Shown: one piece after another, positions 48,609 to 64,000 of the stretch
Layout: each line of letters starts with the position of its first letter
Numbering within the stretch: the stretch's first letter is position 1
DNA from: the human T2T-CHM13v2.0 reference genome, Homo sapiens
Assembly (NCBI RefSeq): GCF_009914755.1
Contig: NC_060932.1
DNA: 64,000 bases
Strand: one strand, 5' to 3'
The notes under the pieces: model-generated
What the model saw: only the letters and a program-made list of their open reading frames with translations
What the model was told of the DNA's origin: nothing
Database searches by the model: none
Translations under genes and position numbers: made by a program

Positions 48609-49310
48609 AATGGCCAAAATAAAAAAAAAATCGATGTTGGCATGGATGTGGTGAACAGGGAACACTTTTACACTGCTGCTGGAATGTAAACTAGTACAAC
48701 CATTATGGAAAACAGTGTGGAGATTCCTTAAAGAACTAAAAGTAAAACTACCATTTGATCCAGCAGTCCCACTACTGGGTATCTACCCAGAGGAAATGAA
48801 GTCATTATATGAAAAAGATATTTGCACACACATGTTTGTAGCAGCACAATTTGCAATTGCAAAAATGTGGAACTAACCCAAATACCCATCAATCAATGAG
48901 TGGCTAAAGAAACTGTGGAATACTACTCAGTAGTAACTGTGGAATACTACTCAAATGGAATACTACTCAGCCATAAAAAAGAATGAATTAATGGCATTCA
49001 CAGCAACCTGGATGAGATTAGAGACTATTATTTTAAGTGAAGTAACTTAAGAATGGAAAACCAAACAGCATATGTTCTCACTCACATGTGGGAGCTAAGC
49101 TATGAAGATGCAAAGGCATAAGAAAAACATGTGGATTTGGGGGACTCAGAGGGTGAGGGATAAAAGACCACAAATTGGGTGCAGTGCATACTGCTTGGGT
49201 GATGGGTGCATCAAAATCTCACAAATCACCACCAAAGAACTTACTCATGTAACAAACACTACCTTTTCCCCAATAACCTATGGAAATAAAAATAATAATA
49301 CATTTTTTAA
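48609..49310 (+). mobile_element. forward 3' segment of the same L1PB
   Basis: AAGCTATGAAGATGCAAAGGCATAAG 3'UTR; shared TSD AAAATACAAATATTT. Confidence 0.92.
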
Positions 49311-49359
49311 AAAATACAAATATTTTTTAAAAACTTAAATGACTCCTGATCCTCTTTTA

Positions 49360-49705
<346 letters not shown>

Positions 49706-50024
49706 TTAGTTTCATAAAGCCAATGTTCCATATCAGAAGCTTTCATCAGATAACTACCAAAGCATTCTTTCATTTTTAACTCTAACTGTCCCTTCTGGGA
49801 GTCATCAATTTTGTAACTATGAAATCTCCCTCCCTGCTAATCACCACTCAACACCCATATACTTGTTTCCCATCAGTCAGAGGACCAGATTTGGGTATTT
49901 CTATTTTAGATAATACATGATTGATGTTCTTATACTGAGGCTTGAAACAAAAAAGATACTGAAAAACAGCCACACTAGGGATGAAATTATAAATATACAT
50001 ATTAAACAGTCGGTTAAATATAAA

Positions 50025-50330
50025 AAACTAATGAGAGAGGAAATGGGGAGATGTAGGTCACAGGATACAAAGTAGCAAGTAAGATGAACAAGCCAAAAGA
50101 TCCAGTGTATAAGATGACGACTGTAGTTAATAGTAGTGTATTGTATTCAGGAGTTTTGCTAAATGAGTAGATGATAGCTGCTCTTGCCACAGGGGGAAAA
50201 ATGCATAAGTATATCAGATAATGAATATGTTAATTTATTCTACCATATATATGTGTATATATATATACATATGTGTACACATTTGTATACATATATCTAA
50301 AATATACACAGTAAAATTTATTTTTATAGA
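50025..50330 (+). mobile_element. L1MA-type 3' end
   Basis: GGGGAGATGTAGGTCACAGGATACAAAGTAG, TTTTGCTAAATGAGTAGAT. Confidence 0.75.
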
Positions 50331-51746
50331 AAGAGCTAATGATAAATTATGCAGATAGTAAAATTTTAACCATCAATCCTTCCTCCCTGGTATGATTAAT
50401 TCAGGGTCTTGGTTCAGCTCTTTTACACTGTGTTTCAATCTCGGGTCCTCTTCTAAATGAACTGTAATTTATTCATACATTCCTAAGGCAGAGATATTTG
50501 TAGTGGCAATGCCTCAGATGAAAAGACTACTTTTCTTATATTCCTTTGCAGCCAGGTGTGGCCATGTGACTGAGCTCTACTCAGTGAGAACTGTTGTGGC
50601 ACGTTCTGGACGATGCCTCAGTGAGGCGATGCGCATCTTTTGCCTTTCCTTTGTCTCCTGGGAAGTGATTTTGAGGATAGAAGGTATGCGCTGAGGATGA
50701 TGGGACAGAATCATGAAGCCTCCATCCAAGACTTCGCTCCTTCCTATGGATTTCTTTTATGTGGGAGAATAAATAATTGTGTGGTTGAGCCACTGTTATT
50801 TAGAGTTTTTATTATATGCTATTTATGTAAGTTTTCTTTCTCTTTCTCCTGCACATTCTTTACTCTTCATGCTCACTTTTCTTTTCTGTAATTCCTGTAC
50901 TTTTGAACACTGTGAAGTGTTCTGTTTTCTGGAAGCTTTACCTTTCCTGCACACCCTACCCTCTGCAATCCACTCTGTCTCTTGCTTAGGGCCACTACTA
51001 AGTGCTCTCTTGTATCCCTGGCTGCTGTGGCTGCTTTACCAGCTCCACCATGCTGCATTCTCAACACAAAGTGCTATCCACTCTGCAGTTCTGTCATTTG
51101 CAACTAGTTCCCACTAGGAATGTCAGCTCTCAGAAGGAAGGGACAGTCTAGTCCATGGCTATATTCCTAGAACTTTGAACAGTGCTTGACTTTTAGTAAC
51201 CACTTCATAAATATTTCATCCCATTTACTCAGCAAATGTTTGTTGAGCACCTAGTATGTGCCAAGTACCTTTCTAAGCACTAGGGACACATCAATGAACA
51301 AAATGGATTAAAAAAACTGCTTTCCTGTGGCACTTATATTCTACTGTGGGAGAAATAAAAATAAATAACACTAAACCAATCCATCAATGAAAAAATTAAA
51401 TTAATAATCCAGCATGTTAGCAGGGAGAGGTGCTATGGAAAATCAAACAGGGCAGAGGAGATTGGCAGTCTCACAGTGCAGAAGAGGGGCAAGTAGGGAG
51501 GGGGTCAAAGTTTAATTAAAGGAGTTAAGAGTTGGCCCTTAGAGAAGGCAGTGTTTAAGCCAGAACTTGAAGGTGGTGGGAAAGGGAGCCATTCCGATAT
51601 CCCAGGAACAAGCACTCCTGGCAGCTAGGACCATGAGGGAACAGCCCGTGCAAAGAGCCTGTGGCTTCAGGTAATAGTGAGGAGGATACTGAGCCTAGAG
51701 GAGAGTGAGTAGGTGGGAGGGAGGTGTAAGAAAAGGTCAGAGAGTG

Positions 51747-52187
<441 letters not shown>

Positions 52188-54479
52188 TGAACCGTGTAAG
52201 TCAATCTCTGTTCTTTGGCTGTCACTCTGAGTGACATGAGGAGCCATGGCAGGGCTTAGGGCAGAAGAGAAGAGAGATAGGATGTGACTTTAACTTTAGA
52301 AGGATACTCTAGCTGCTGTGTTGGGAACACACTATAAAGAAACAAAAATGGAAGCAAAAAATTAGGAAAACTCCAACAACCCGGGTGAAAGACGGCTAAA
52401 AGCATGGACCAGGATATCGCAAAAGGTGGGGGAAATGTTCAGATTCTAGATATATTTGAATATAGAAGCAAAGGAATTTGCTGGCCAATTAGATATGGGG
52501 AATGAAAAAAGAAAGAATCAAGGATGACTCCAAGTTTTTTGGCTTGGCTCCCTGGAAAAATGATGTTGCCATTGACAAAACAGGGAAAACCACAGATGAA
52601 GCGGACTCGGAGGGAGGATTATGGTATGGCTGCATGAAGGGGGAGACTTCTATCAGACGTTCCAGCAGAGATATCCAGTAGGCAGTTGGATATATACACC
52701 TAGAGCTCAAACAAAAGTTCTGGGCCAAGAGTATAAACTTTGGAGTCATCATGAGCAGATGAATAAAGGGCTCTTTTTGTCATCACCTGAAAAATTATTT
52801 ACCAAATTTCCTTCTTCAAGGAAGCTTAACATTTTGTAGCTGAAGGAATGGCTTCTGAAGAGTATGAATAAGACCATTTATAAAAGAAACCAGTCAAAAC
52901 CTCACCCTATGATGCTTCCCATTCTTTCATTTTAAAGTAATGTTTCACAAAACATTTCTGAAGACCCCCCGAATCGGAATAAGATCAACTCTTGTAATAA
53001 GTACCATTATGATTCTCATGCACGCTCAAATCTGAAAACCACCCACTCTGCATGTGTAACTCTGTGGCATACAGTGTCATTTGGCAGTTCCCATTTTCAT
53101 ACCTGTTGTGGCCACTAACTGTAGGTCACAAACGATGGGCACAGCCTAAGGGCAGAGTCACTAGGAATCCCTGATATTCAATTCATTTTATAATAGCCAT
53201 AGACTAACACATGTTAATAAGATTTATCAATATTCAAAGAAATATTTTTCCGAGCAACCTTCTGAATCATTTCCTGCATCATCTCCATAGCAACTCTGAT
53301 CATTCACCTTTAAGTTGTATTTCTCTTGCTCTGAGCTATAACAACTTTGGTGTGGATGAGCATTAATGTTTCAGAAAAGATGCTGCTGTTTCTCAACCAT
53401 ATGTAATTCTCTGGTCTTAACATTTAGAAACCTGCATTCCCATGAGAGTTTTCCAGTTCCTTCTAATCTTGACTTTTTTTTTCTTTTACTATTTTTTGCT
53501 TGCTGATGATGTTTAAGAGCACATGAAACTATACTATAGTCTGATGAATTGGAAAGTCCTCACAAAGTATAACTGGTTACTCAGAGAAACACACCAGACA
53601 CTTGAAAGGATTACACAGGTTCCCTTTCAAGAAAATGCTAATTCCAGGAGATTGCACAAACACACTTAACAGGTTCCTTAGGTAATTATTTTTAGGCTCA
53701 GATTAGCCTATAGTTACTAAATAATATTTTCAAAATTGCAGAGAAGGCATAAACCCAAAGATCTCTGCAAGTACTCAGAAGGTGTGGCCGTTGTGGCTAG
53801 CGCTCCTGCATGGCAGTTACCAGTTATGTCAGTGTGGGGTAGTCATGGTGGGGTCTCCCCCATGCTCTTGTTAGCTGTGCCTCATCTGGCTTTGTTCAGG
53901 TACATTTCTTGCCTGGCCCTTTTGGTATTGGACTTAACCATTCCTACCTAGATTCATTGTTCTTATAGGTTTAGACCCTGGAACTACATTTCCAATCTCC
54001 TATATCACGAAAAAAGAAAGAAAGAAAAGAAAAGCCACTTGACTCAGCATGCCATGCCATGGAGACTCTGGTAGAAGAGAATCTTTAGAAAGCATTTGCC
54101 CCATTTTTTACATCATAAAGCCCAAACTGTGGTATCTCTAGGGCTTTTTTTCCCAAAATTTTAATTATTTTTGACTTTAGCTTTACTGGACAAAAGATTT
54201 ACATTTTAAAATATAGTAGCAATTTGTCATGTGTCTCAAATTTTAAAATGATACCACATTATACTTTTATAACTTAATCGTAGAAAACATTAATCAATTT
54301 GATACATGGGCTGCAACAAAATTTCACAAAAGAGCCCAGGGACTGAGAGTCCAGAGCAGCAATTAGAGATAATAAGGCACCATGGGGTTTTGAGAGAGCC
54401 CAAGCCTGAGGTCGCTGGCCCCGAGCATCTCTAAAACGGGCTCTGATCTGACTTTTGTAACCCAAAGAAGACAGGAGCC

Positions 54480-54690
54480 AGGAGGGGAGAGGGCAAATGG
54501 TGCAGAGTCAAAAAATGCAGGCTCTGATGACTTCCTGAGAACTTTCTAGGCCCAGGCTTTGGCCTTGCTTCTGGTGCTGGTGGACGAAGACCACTGCTGA
54601 GGCTGACCAAATACTGTAGTCAGAGGAGCAGGTTTCCAAGGGGCCCATCCTCTCCTCTGCCTGCAAACCAGAAGACAGCAGCACTGCCAA
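54480..54690 (+). other. candidate exon or first exon (5' end uncertain)
   Basis: GC-richer unique segment ending in CAA|GTAAGG. Confidence 0.2.
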
Positions 54691-55657
54691 GTAAGGAAAC
54701 ACCGGCATTTTCTAATTAAACTCCTGAGCTTACAACTCTTTCTTGGCAGGCAGAAAGCTTGCAAATTATATCACTTTTTATTTCCCACTGATTACTACTA
54801 AGTGTATCAGAAAGGACTGCATAAGGATTGAGGTATCCTTTGCAATTTCTGCCTTCCACTTTATTTTGATGATACTTCATCAGATCTTGTTTCCTCCTGG
54901 GAGGCACTGGGTCTTATTCCCAAAATATTGAGGCATATGGTTGCTCTTCTTTTTCTACATGGGATAAGTAGGCCATATGTGGCCAAAGAAGAACATTGGG
55001 ACCAATATGGGAGTATGACAGGAAGGGATTAAATACATATGTCAATGTATATTACAACATCTGGAAAGTTCTGCCAGACTTCTTATAATCGATGCCTTCC
55101 CAAGGTAGCATTTTGTCTTTCTAGTTAGATTAACAGTCCCTGCAATGCAATGATCTTGTTGTCTCCCTATGGCACCTGTGCTCTATTCCATTAGGCATTT
55201 ACCAAGTATTTGTTGGCTCATGACTGATACAAGCTCAAAAAGGGAAAAAATTAAGATATCCCATCATATATCCATTTTCAAGGCTGCAAATAGCATGAGA
55301 TGCTGTCACGGAGGCTGAGCAGAAAAACTGCAGTGTGCAGTTTACATCTGTAGCTAACCTGGGACCTGTAAACAGGGAGAAAAATATAATGTAACAAAAT
55401 GTTCTTAACATTTATTTTCTTAGAAGAAACTGAGAAATTGAGATTCAGAAGCTATTGATAGTGTCTGCTAAATTGTCTATTATTAAATATATTGTCAAGG
55501 GAATAAACCCTTTTGATGCATATTGTAAGAAAACAGCTTTAAACAAGATACCAAGAGGAGGGAAAGAGAGGAGAATGGATATTTGGCAAAACACTCTTTG
55601 TTAAAATGGAAGTTGCCATTTCCCGTTTATTATTATAGCTGTTAAAAGACAATGAGG

Positions 55658-55950
<293 letters not shown>

Positions 55951-56073
55951 GACAGTGAAGAAAACAAAAAGTAATAGTCTTTAAATATTTCAAACTATTG
56001 TGTACATATATATTAAATACATATTTAATTCAAGGTGCACTATTGCCTTATTTAGCAATTCTTTTTACAACAG

Positions 56074-56800
56074 TGCCTTTGCACTAAGGCAGCTGGCTCC
56101 TCTCTGGACTTCTGCCTCCAGGCTCCTTCCCTTGACTGCCACTTCGGTGAAATGTCCATCCATCTACAGGCTTACTTACTGCATTCTATCAGCTCTTTAA
56201 TGCCTGTAGCTCCTAAAGATAATTCACAGAATTGCCCCAAAGGGATCTCTAACCACTTTAATAAAAATTTAGAAAATAATTTAATTCCCATACAGGAGCA
56301 TTTCCAATAAGTCAATATGGATGAACTCTAACCTGGCCAAGCATGAGACAACAGCCTCCAGGCACAGCCCATGTTTGCTAGAAATATCAACGTGATGCTT
56401 CAAGCCATGGGGAGCAAGATGGGCAGTTAGACTCTCTGTCTTTCCAAGAACTCAGAAGAAGCAGAAACAAGAGCTGAGCCACAGCATCACCACCACCATC
56501 TTTAGGCCAGAGTAAGATGGATGCAGCTAGAGGCTGCTGGCTGACCTCCCTCTGTAGGTCCAGCCTCCTCGACCTCCTCCCTGGCCCATGCATGTCTCTC
56601 AATTACATCTTCTCTGCCAACTACCATCCTTCTCCTATGGTCCAGGCTCACATCATTCCTGCCTTGCCCTAAGGCAGCCGGCTCCTCTCTGGACTCCTGC
56701 TTCCAGGCTCCTTCCTCTGGACTGCCACTTCGGTGAAATGTCCATCCACCTACAGGCTTACTTACTGCATTCTATGAATTCCTTAGTGCCTGCTGCTCCT
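56074..56800 (+). repeat. ~140-bp direct repeat pair (56074-56214, 56660-56800)
   Basis: About 89% identity by manual alignment. Confidence 0.92.
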
Positions 56801-57454
56801 GGAGAGCAAGAATGCTGACTTTCTCACTCCTATATCCCCAGTGCCTGGCATGGCTCGTTGGTATACAGTAGGCCCTCAGTACTTGTCAGCTGAATAAATA
56901 TAGAGCAAAGCATGACATGCAAACCCCTTCACAATCTGGCCCCACTTAATCATAACCTCATTTCCAGCTATCCCTCCAAATGACCTAGCAGCTCTGAATT
57001 ATTCTGTTTTTCAAACACAGGATACACATTCATATTTCTGATATTTGATGAAGATACTCTCTGATTAAAATATCCCTCATTCATTTCTATTCTATTACCT
57101 CCCAATTGATCTTGTAAAGTTCAGACTCACAAATCTGATGAATGAATGAATGAACAATTCTCCTTAAGTACCTGCCTCTATTCCTGTATCTCACTGACGA
57201 GACTTCCCTGTCAACACAATTCTCCCAGTCTTACTCCTTCCTGTCAAGATTTGTATTCCACCATATTCTAATTTTAACTAAAACTACCTCTGTGATCCTA
57301 AACAAGACTTAATTTCCTTATTTGTTTAAAAAAATGTAGTTGGGAGACAGATTATGGGGTGACATCATCTGGGTCCACATTTGTAATACTCTCATTCTTA
57401 GGCTTCTTGAAACTGTCTTCTATATATCTTTTTACTAATGATTTCCTTTTTTTT

Positions 57455-57580
57455 AGATATTGGTAAATATCTAAAAAATTGATCTAGATATTGGTAAATA
57501 TCTAAACAAACTGATAAATTGAAACATATTATCTATAATAATAATGATGTCTAATTTGGAGAAAAAAGATAAAACTAAAA
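57455..57580 (+). repeat. copy of 59915-60011 with partial tandem repeat and hairpin
   Basis: AGATATTGGTAAATATCTAAACAAACTGATAAATTGAAACATATTATCT identical at 57486 and 59915. Confidence 0.92.
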
Positions 57581-58454
57581 AAATTTTAAAAATCTGAAAA
57601 TGAGAAAATACATATTCAGGGAACAGAAGAATAATTCAGAACTTATAAAACACTCTGTGTATGGAGGAAAAGCTAAAAAGGGTGGCCCCTTTCCAGCTTT
57701 AGAAATGTAGGTTTGGGCTGGATTATGAATGCTTGCATATATCATGTTTCATTCAACATCATTTAACAAACAAAATAAACAGCCAATGGGAGAAGAGAGA
57801 GAGAGAGTGTGTGGGTGTGTGTGTGTGTGACACCATGGTAGAAGCAATCCTACCCATATCTGAGACATTTAGTTCCTAAGAAAATTGAGCAGAGCAGCCA
57901 GTGATGAATGCTTCTGCTATCTTGTTTACAACTCCAAGAGGACTTGGCTGCTGCAGAGAAAACCAGCTTCTCTGCCCAAGCCTGGGGTAACGCTGGGATA
58001 GCCTGAGGGAGAACCAGAAAACAGACCACTGAACCTCCACAGCACTGAGGAAGGACCATGCTGCTCAAAAACGCCCCAAATCCCACTCCAGATGGGATCC
58101 AGCCCCTACCAGCTGACATGAGCAAGCAAAGAAAGTTTGTAGAACATAACGAACAGGTGGCTCCTGCTGAGGCAAATTTGATGAGGGAGAAAACCTGGAG
58201 AGAACTTTAATAAAAATGTAATGTCAATTCTTGAGTAGATTCATTTAAAGGGATGAAACATGTTTTGGCAAAATAAAAAATAAATATTACTTCTGAATTT
58301 AAAAACCAAACAGAATACCTACCCCAGCCCTGCCAAAAAAAAATACTACTGCTGCTGAAAACTAGTGACCAGGAGTAGTGAGCTAGAAGATCAACAAGAT
58401 GAAATGGAGAAAATATCTTACAGCAGAGAGAAAAATACAAATAAAAGGAAATTA

Positions 58455-58730
58455 GCTCCGGTGTGGTGGCCCATGCTCGAATCCCAGCACTTTGGAAGGC
58501 CAAGGTGGGCAGATCTCTTGAGCCCAGGAGTTTGAGACCAGCTTGGGCAACATGGCAAAATCCTATCTCTACAAAAAATATAAAAATTAGCCCACATTGG
58601 TGGCTCATGCCTGTAGTCCCAGCTGCTCAGGAGGCTGAGATGAGGTCACTGGAAGGTAGAGGTTGCAGTGGGCTGAGATCAAGCCACTGCACTCCAGTCT
58701 CGGTGAGACTCTGTCTCAAAAAAAAAAAAA
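58455..58730 (+). mobile_element. AluJ
   Basis: Diverged Alu with deletions. Confidence 0.9.
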
Positions 58731-60076
58731 GGAAATCATTAGTAAAAAAATATAGAAGACAGTTTCAAGAAGCCTAATATGCAAATGAAAATAAAGGCAT
58801 TTCAGAGAGAAGACACCACAATAACAGAAAAAGAAAAAATAAGTTTCCCTTTCTTTTCTTTTCCTTCTCCAAGCTGAAAAAAAGACTTGACATTTCAAAT
58901 AGCAGGGGCATACGAAATGCCAGACAGGATTAATGAAAAATTACTGTTCTTTAGGCAAATTCTGGTGAAATTTCTGAACTACACATATGAAGAAAAAGTC
59001 ATACAAACTTCTAGAGGGAGACCAGGTTTCAAGTTACTTTAAAAGGAAAGAGAATCAGAACTGGTATCATATTTCTCATTGATAGTATTAGAATCTCAAA
59101 GGAAAAAAAATACTATTTAGGGATTTTTGAAAGAAGAAAATTATGATCCAAGAAGTGTATGCCTGGCCAGAATATCATTTATATGGAAGTCAAAGAGCCC
59201 TCTCATTGGTGGGCCCCACCCCCACCAACTTCCCTCACTTTGCCTGTGCCTGAGCAAGTAATAAGCCTTGAATATCTTGCAGTCACGGCTCTGGTGTGGT
59301 GCCTTGACAGGGATACATTCAAAGAGAGAAAACAACAAGCTCAGCAGTGGCAGGGTCAAACCACAAAAGAAGTCAAAGAAGAGCATTTTCAAACATAAAA
59401 GGACTCAGAGTTTACACCAACCATACACCTTTTTCTGGGGAAATCACTCAAGGCAGAACACTTCCGAAGAAAATTAAATCTAAATAATAAATTCATTGTA
59501 AAAGAAGATAAAGTACACAGAAACAATAGAGATCAATGAATCTAGTAAAATATGTAGTTATACCTAAATGCATAGTGATATTATATTTATGTAACGTAAG
59601 AAAAACAGCACACTTCTCAAGAGCAGAAATAGAAACAAAAATACAGGGCAAAACACTCTTCAAAGTGCTGAGAGAACAGAACTGTCAGTCTAGACTTGCA
59701 ATTTCCACTAAACTATCTTTCTTTACCTGGAGTAAACTAAAGACATCTTCAGATAAACAAAAACTGCAAGAGTTTGCCATCAGCAGAACTTAACGAAGGA
59801 ATTTTATAAGAATGTACTTCAGAAAGAAAGAAAACAAACCCAAAATAATTTTTTTTGATTCATGTAGCTTCTGAGCAAAAGAATTTTTAAAAGACAAGAA
59901 GGAAAAATCAGCAAAGATATTGGTAAATATCTAAACAAACTGATAAATTGAAACATATTATCTGTAATCATAATGATGTCTAATTCGGAGGAAAAAAAGA
60001 TAAAACTAAAATACTGGTCAACAAAAGTAAATAATTTGAAGGAGGATAATCAAAGTTCAGTATCTTCCAATATTCA

Positions 60077-60487
<411 letters not shown>

Positions 60488-60757
60488 CTAAACAATTAGA
60501 GAGAAATAAATAGGAGAATAAACACAAATTAACTATCATTCAAAATAAATAAAGAGATAAAGGAGACAAGCAGTACAAATAAAAAGCATTAAGTTCAAAT
60601 TCAAATATATCCTAAATTCCAATGAATATTAAGGGGTTAAACTTTCTGCTTAAAAGATACTGTCAGGTGAATTTTTAAAAATCCAGCTACATGCTACTTA
60701 CAAGAAACATACCTAAAATATAAAGACAGAGAAGTTAAATTTAAAAAGAAAAAATAG

Positions 60758-61055
<298 letters not shown>

Positions 61056-61491
61056 AAAAAATATATTCCAGGAATATACAGAGAACTGAGTACCACAAAT
61101 CAAGATATGTAGGAAGTGGTGAAAGTAGCACTGGAAAGGAAGGTATAGCCTTAAATACTTACATATTTTTTTTAAAAAGTCTGAAAATTAGTGAAGTCAA
61201 ACATGTAGAAGTTTAAAACAAAGAATAACCAAAACATCTAAGTTGAGAGAAGATTAATAAAAGAGCATAAATAAGATAGAAAAGAAGGATATAATGGAGA
61301 GTATCAATTATGTGGAAAAGTGTTTTTTTGCAACTAATAAGACAAAAAAACCCTCTGGTAAGATTGAGCAAGAAGAAAACACAAATGGCAAAATGATATA
61401 AGGAATGAAATGGTGGCTATAACTATAGGTAAAGAGAAGTTTTTTTAAGAGAGACTATTGTAAAACTTTTATGCCAACTAATTTTGAAATT

Positions 61492-61838
<347 letters not shown>

Positions 61839-63436
61839 CTATGTTGTTTTGAAAAGAAGTCAAATGACTTCATCTTTTAAAATAGCATCAGAACATTAAA
61901 ATCTATTCACAGTAAATACCAAGCCCAGATTTTATATGTGAATTCTATCTAACTTTCAAGTACCCAGATGTTCCAACATGACACAAATTTCACCTCTTTC
62001 AGAAAAAAGAGGAATACTTCCCCACATATCCAATGCAGTTACTATAACACTTATATCCAATCTAGACAAGGATAATACAAAAAGAAAAAATTACAGGTCC
62101 ACCTTACCATGAACATAGATGCAGAGATGCAAACCAAATGTTAGCAAACCAAATCAAGCAGCATTTTAAAAAGATAATACATTGTGATTAAGCTGGGTTT
62201 ATCCCAGGATGCAAAATTTATGAAATGTATAAACATAATTTACTGCATTAACAGATTAAGAGAGAAACCCATATGGTAATTTTCATTTATACAGAAAAGT
62301 TTTGATAGTATTCAACACTTATTTATTTAAAAAAAAAATCTCTGCAAACTAGGAGTTGAGTAGAATTTCCTCACCCTATACAGGGCGTCTACTACAAACC
62401 TATAGTAAACATCATTCTCCATGGTGAAACAGTAAAGCAGGATTCCTTTTTAAGGATTCCTCTGAAAATCAGAAATAAGACAAGGACACCTACCATTACC
62501 CATCCACTGAACTTTACACTGTTGGTTCTAACTGTGGTAAGATACAAAAATTAAAAGGTATAAGGTTTGGAAAATAAAAACCAAAAATACCATTATTGGC
62601 AGATGATATTATTTTTGTACCAAACACATACAAATAAATTATTAGACTTAATAAGAGAGTTTAGCAAGGTAGATGAATATAAAATCAATATTCAAAATCA
62701 TTATTCAAAATCAATTGTACTTTTTTACACCATTAACAGTTAAAAACATACCCTATTAAAAGATATCATTTATAATAGAAGCAAATATCTGGGGTGCCTA
62801 GAAGCAAATCTGAGAAAAGCCATGCAATACCTTTATGGAGAATTATTGAGACATTAAAGAAAGCCTAAATAAATGGAGAAATATGTCATGTTAATATATA
62901 GAAAGATTCAATAATGTTGAGATGTCATAACTTCTCCCCAAACTCATGCAGATATCCCAATAAAAATCTCAACAGTGCTTTCTCAGGAACTTAAACCAAC
63001 TCTAAAATGTGTATCAAAGAACAAAAGCCTAAGATTAGAAAAGGCATTTCTAATAAGAAGAATGAAACAGCATTTTCCCTACTGGATAGCAAGACTTATT
63101 AGGAAGTTATACTAATTAAGACAGTATTGGCATTGATGCAGAAATAGACAAAATAATGAAACCACATAGAAAACTAAGAAACAGAACTTTGTATACGTTA
63201 AAATGATACATGACAGAGATGGCATTGCAAGTTATTGGAGGAAAGAATGGACTTTTAAATAAATAATACTGCAATGACTGTGTATACGGAAATATAAAAA
63301 TTGGATCCCTATTTTACACCAAATACAAAAATCAATTCTAGATATATTCATGCGTAAAAGATAAAACTTAAGACATTTTCTAAGAAAAAAGGATAATATA
63401 TTTATGATCTCAGAGTAGAGAATATTTATTGTATAA

Positions 63437-63811
<375 letters not shown>

Positions 63812-63855
63812 TAAAAGATTACTATAAAGTTATAAAGTAATCCACAAACTGGAAA

Positions 63856-63858
<3 letters not shown>

Positions 63859-63902
<44 letters not shown>
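63859..63902. repeat. (GT)22 microsatellite
   Basis: Perfect dinucleotide run. Confidence 0.97.
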
Positions 63903-63905
<3 letters not shown>

Positions 63906-64000
63906 CTACAGAGCTCCTATAAACTAACAGGAAAAGAGGAGGAAAATGAAAAATAGTCAAAGGATACAGAACTATAGAAAATAAATATATCATGAGATGC

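Noticed and set aside
59197-59368. H/ACA snoRNA retrocopy (ends in ACAnnn)
   Set aside because: I found no central H box (ANANNA) or convincing two-hairpin structure; kept only as an unexplained insert.

Overview
Primate (human-like) genomic DNA with about 27 Alus, old L1/L2/MIR/CR1 LINEs, ERV LTRs (MER41, MER34-like, MLT1, LTR16) and DNA-transposon fossils. I find no credible protein-coding gene: the ORF track is explained by Alus, L1 ORF2 remnants and a minisatellite. Unique features are a ~2 kb 28/29-bp minisatellite with higher-order structure (27.6-29.6 kb), a well-formed 131-nt + strand exon (44850-44980) and weaker minus-strand exon candidates. The most striking anomaly is an exactly 100-bp non-Alu insert that splits an otherwise intact AluY (41369-41468). 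75 bp of it are a gap-free, 87%-identical copy of the acceptor and 5' half of that exon 3450 bp downstream, with the acceptor AG changed to AA. It is more diverged than the host Alu's age should allow. Several other short local templated duplications, a twin-primed L1 and two small TSD-flanked insertions are also present. Repeat subfamily names are from recalled consensus motifs, not a database search. I could not identify the locus.
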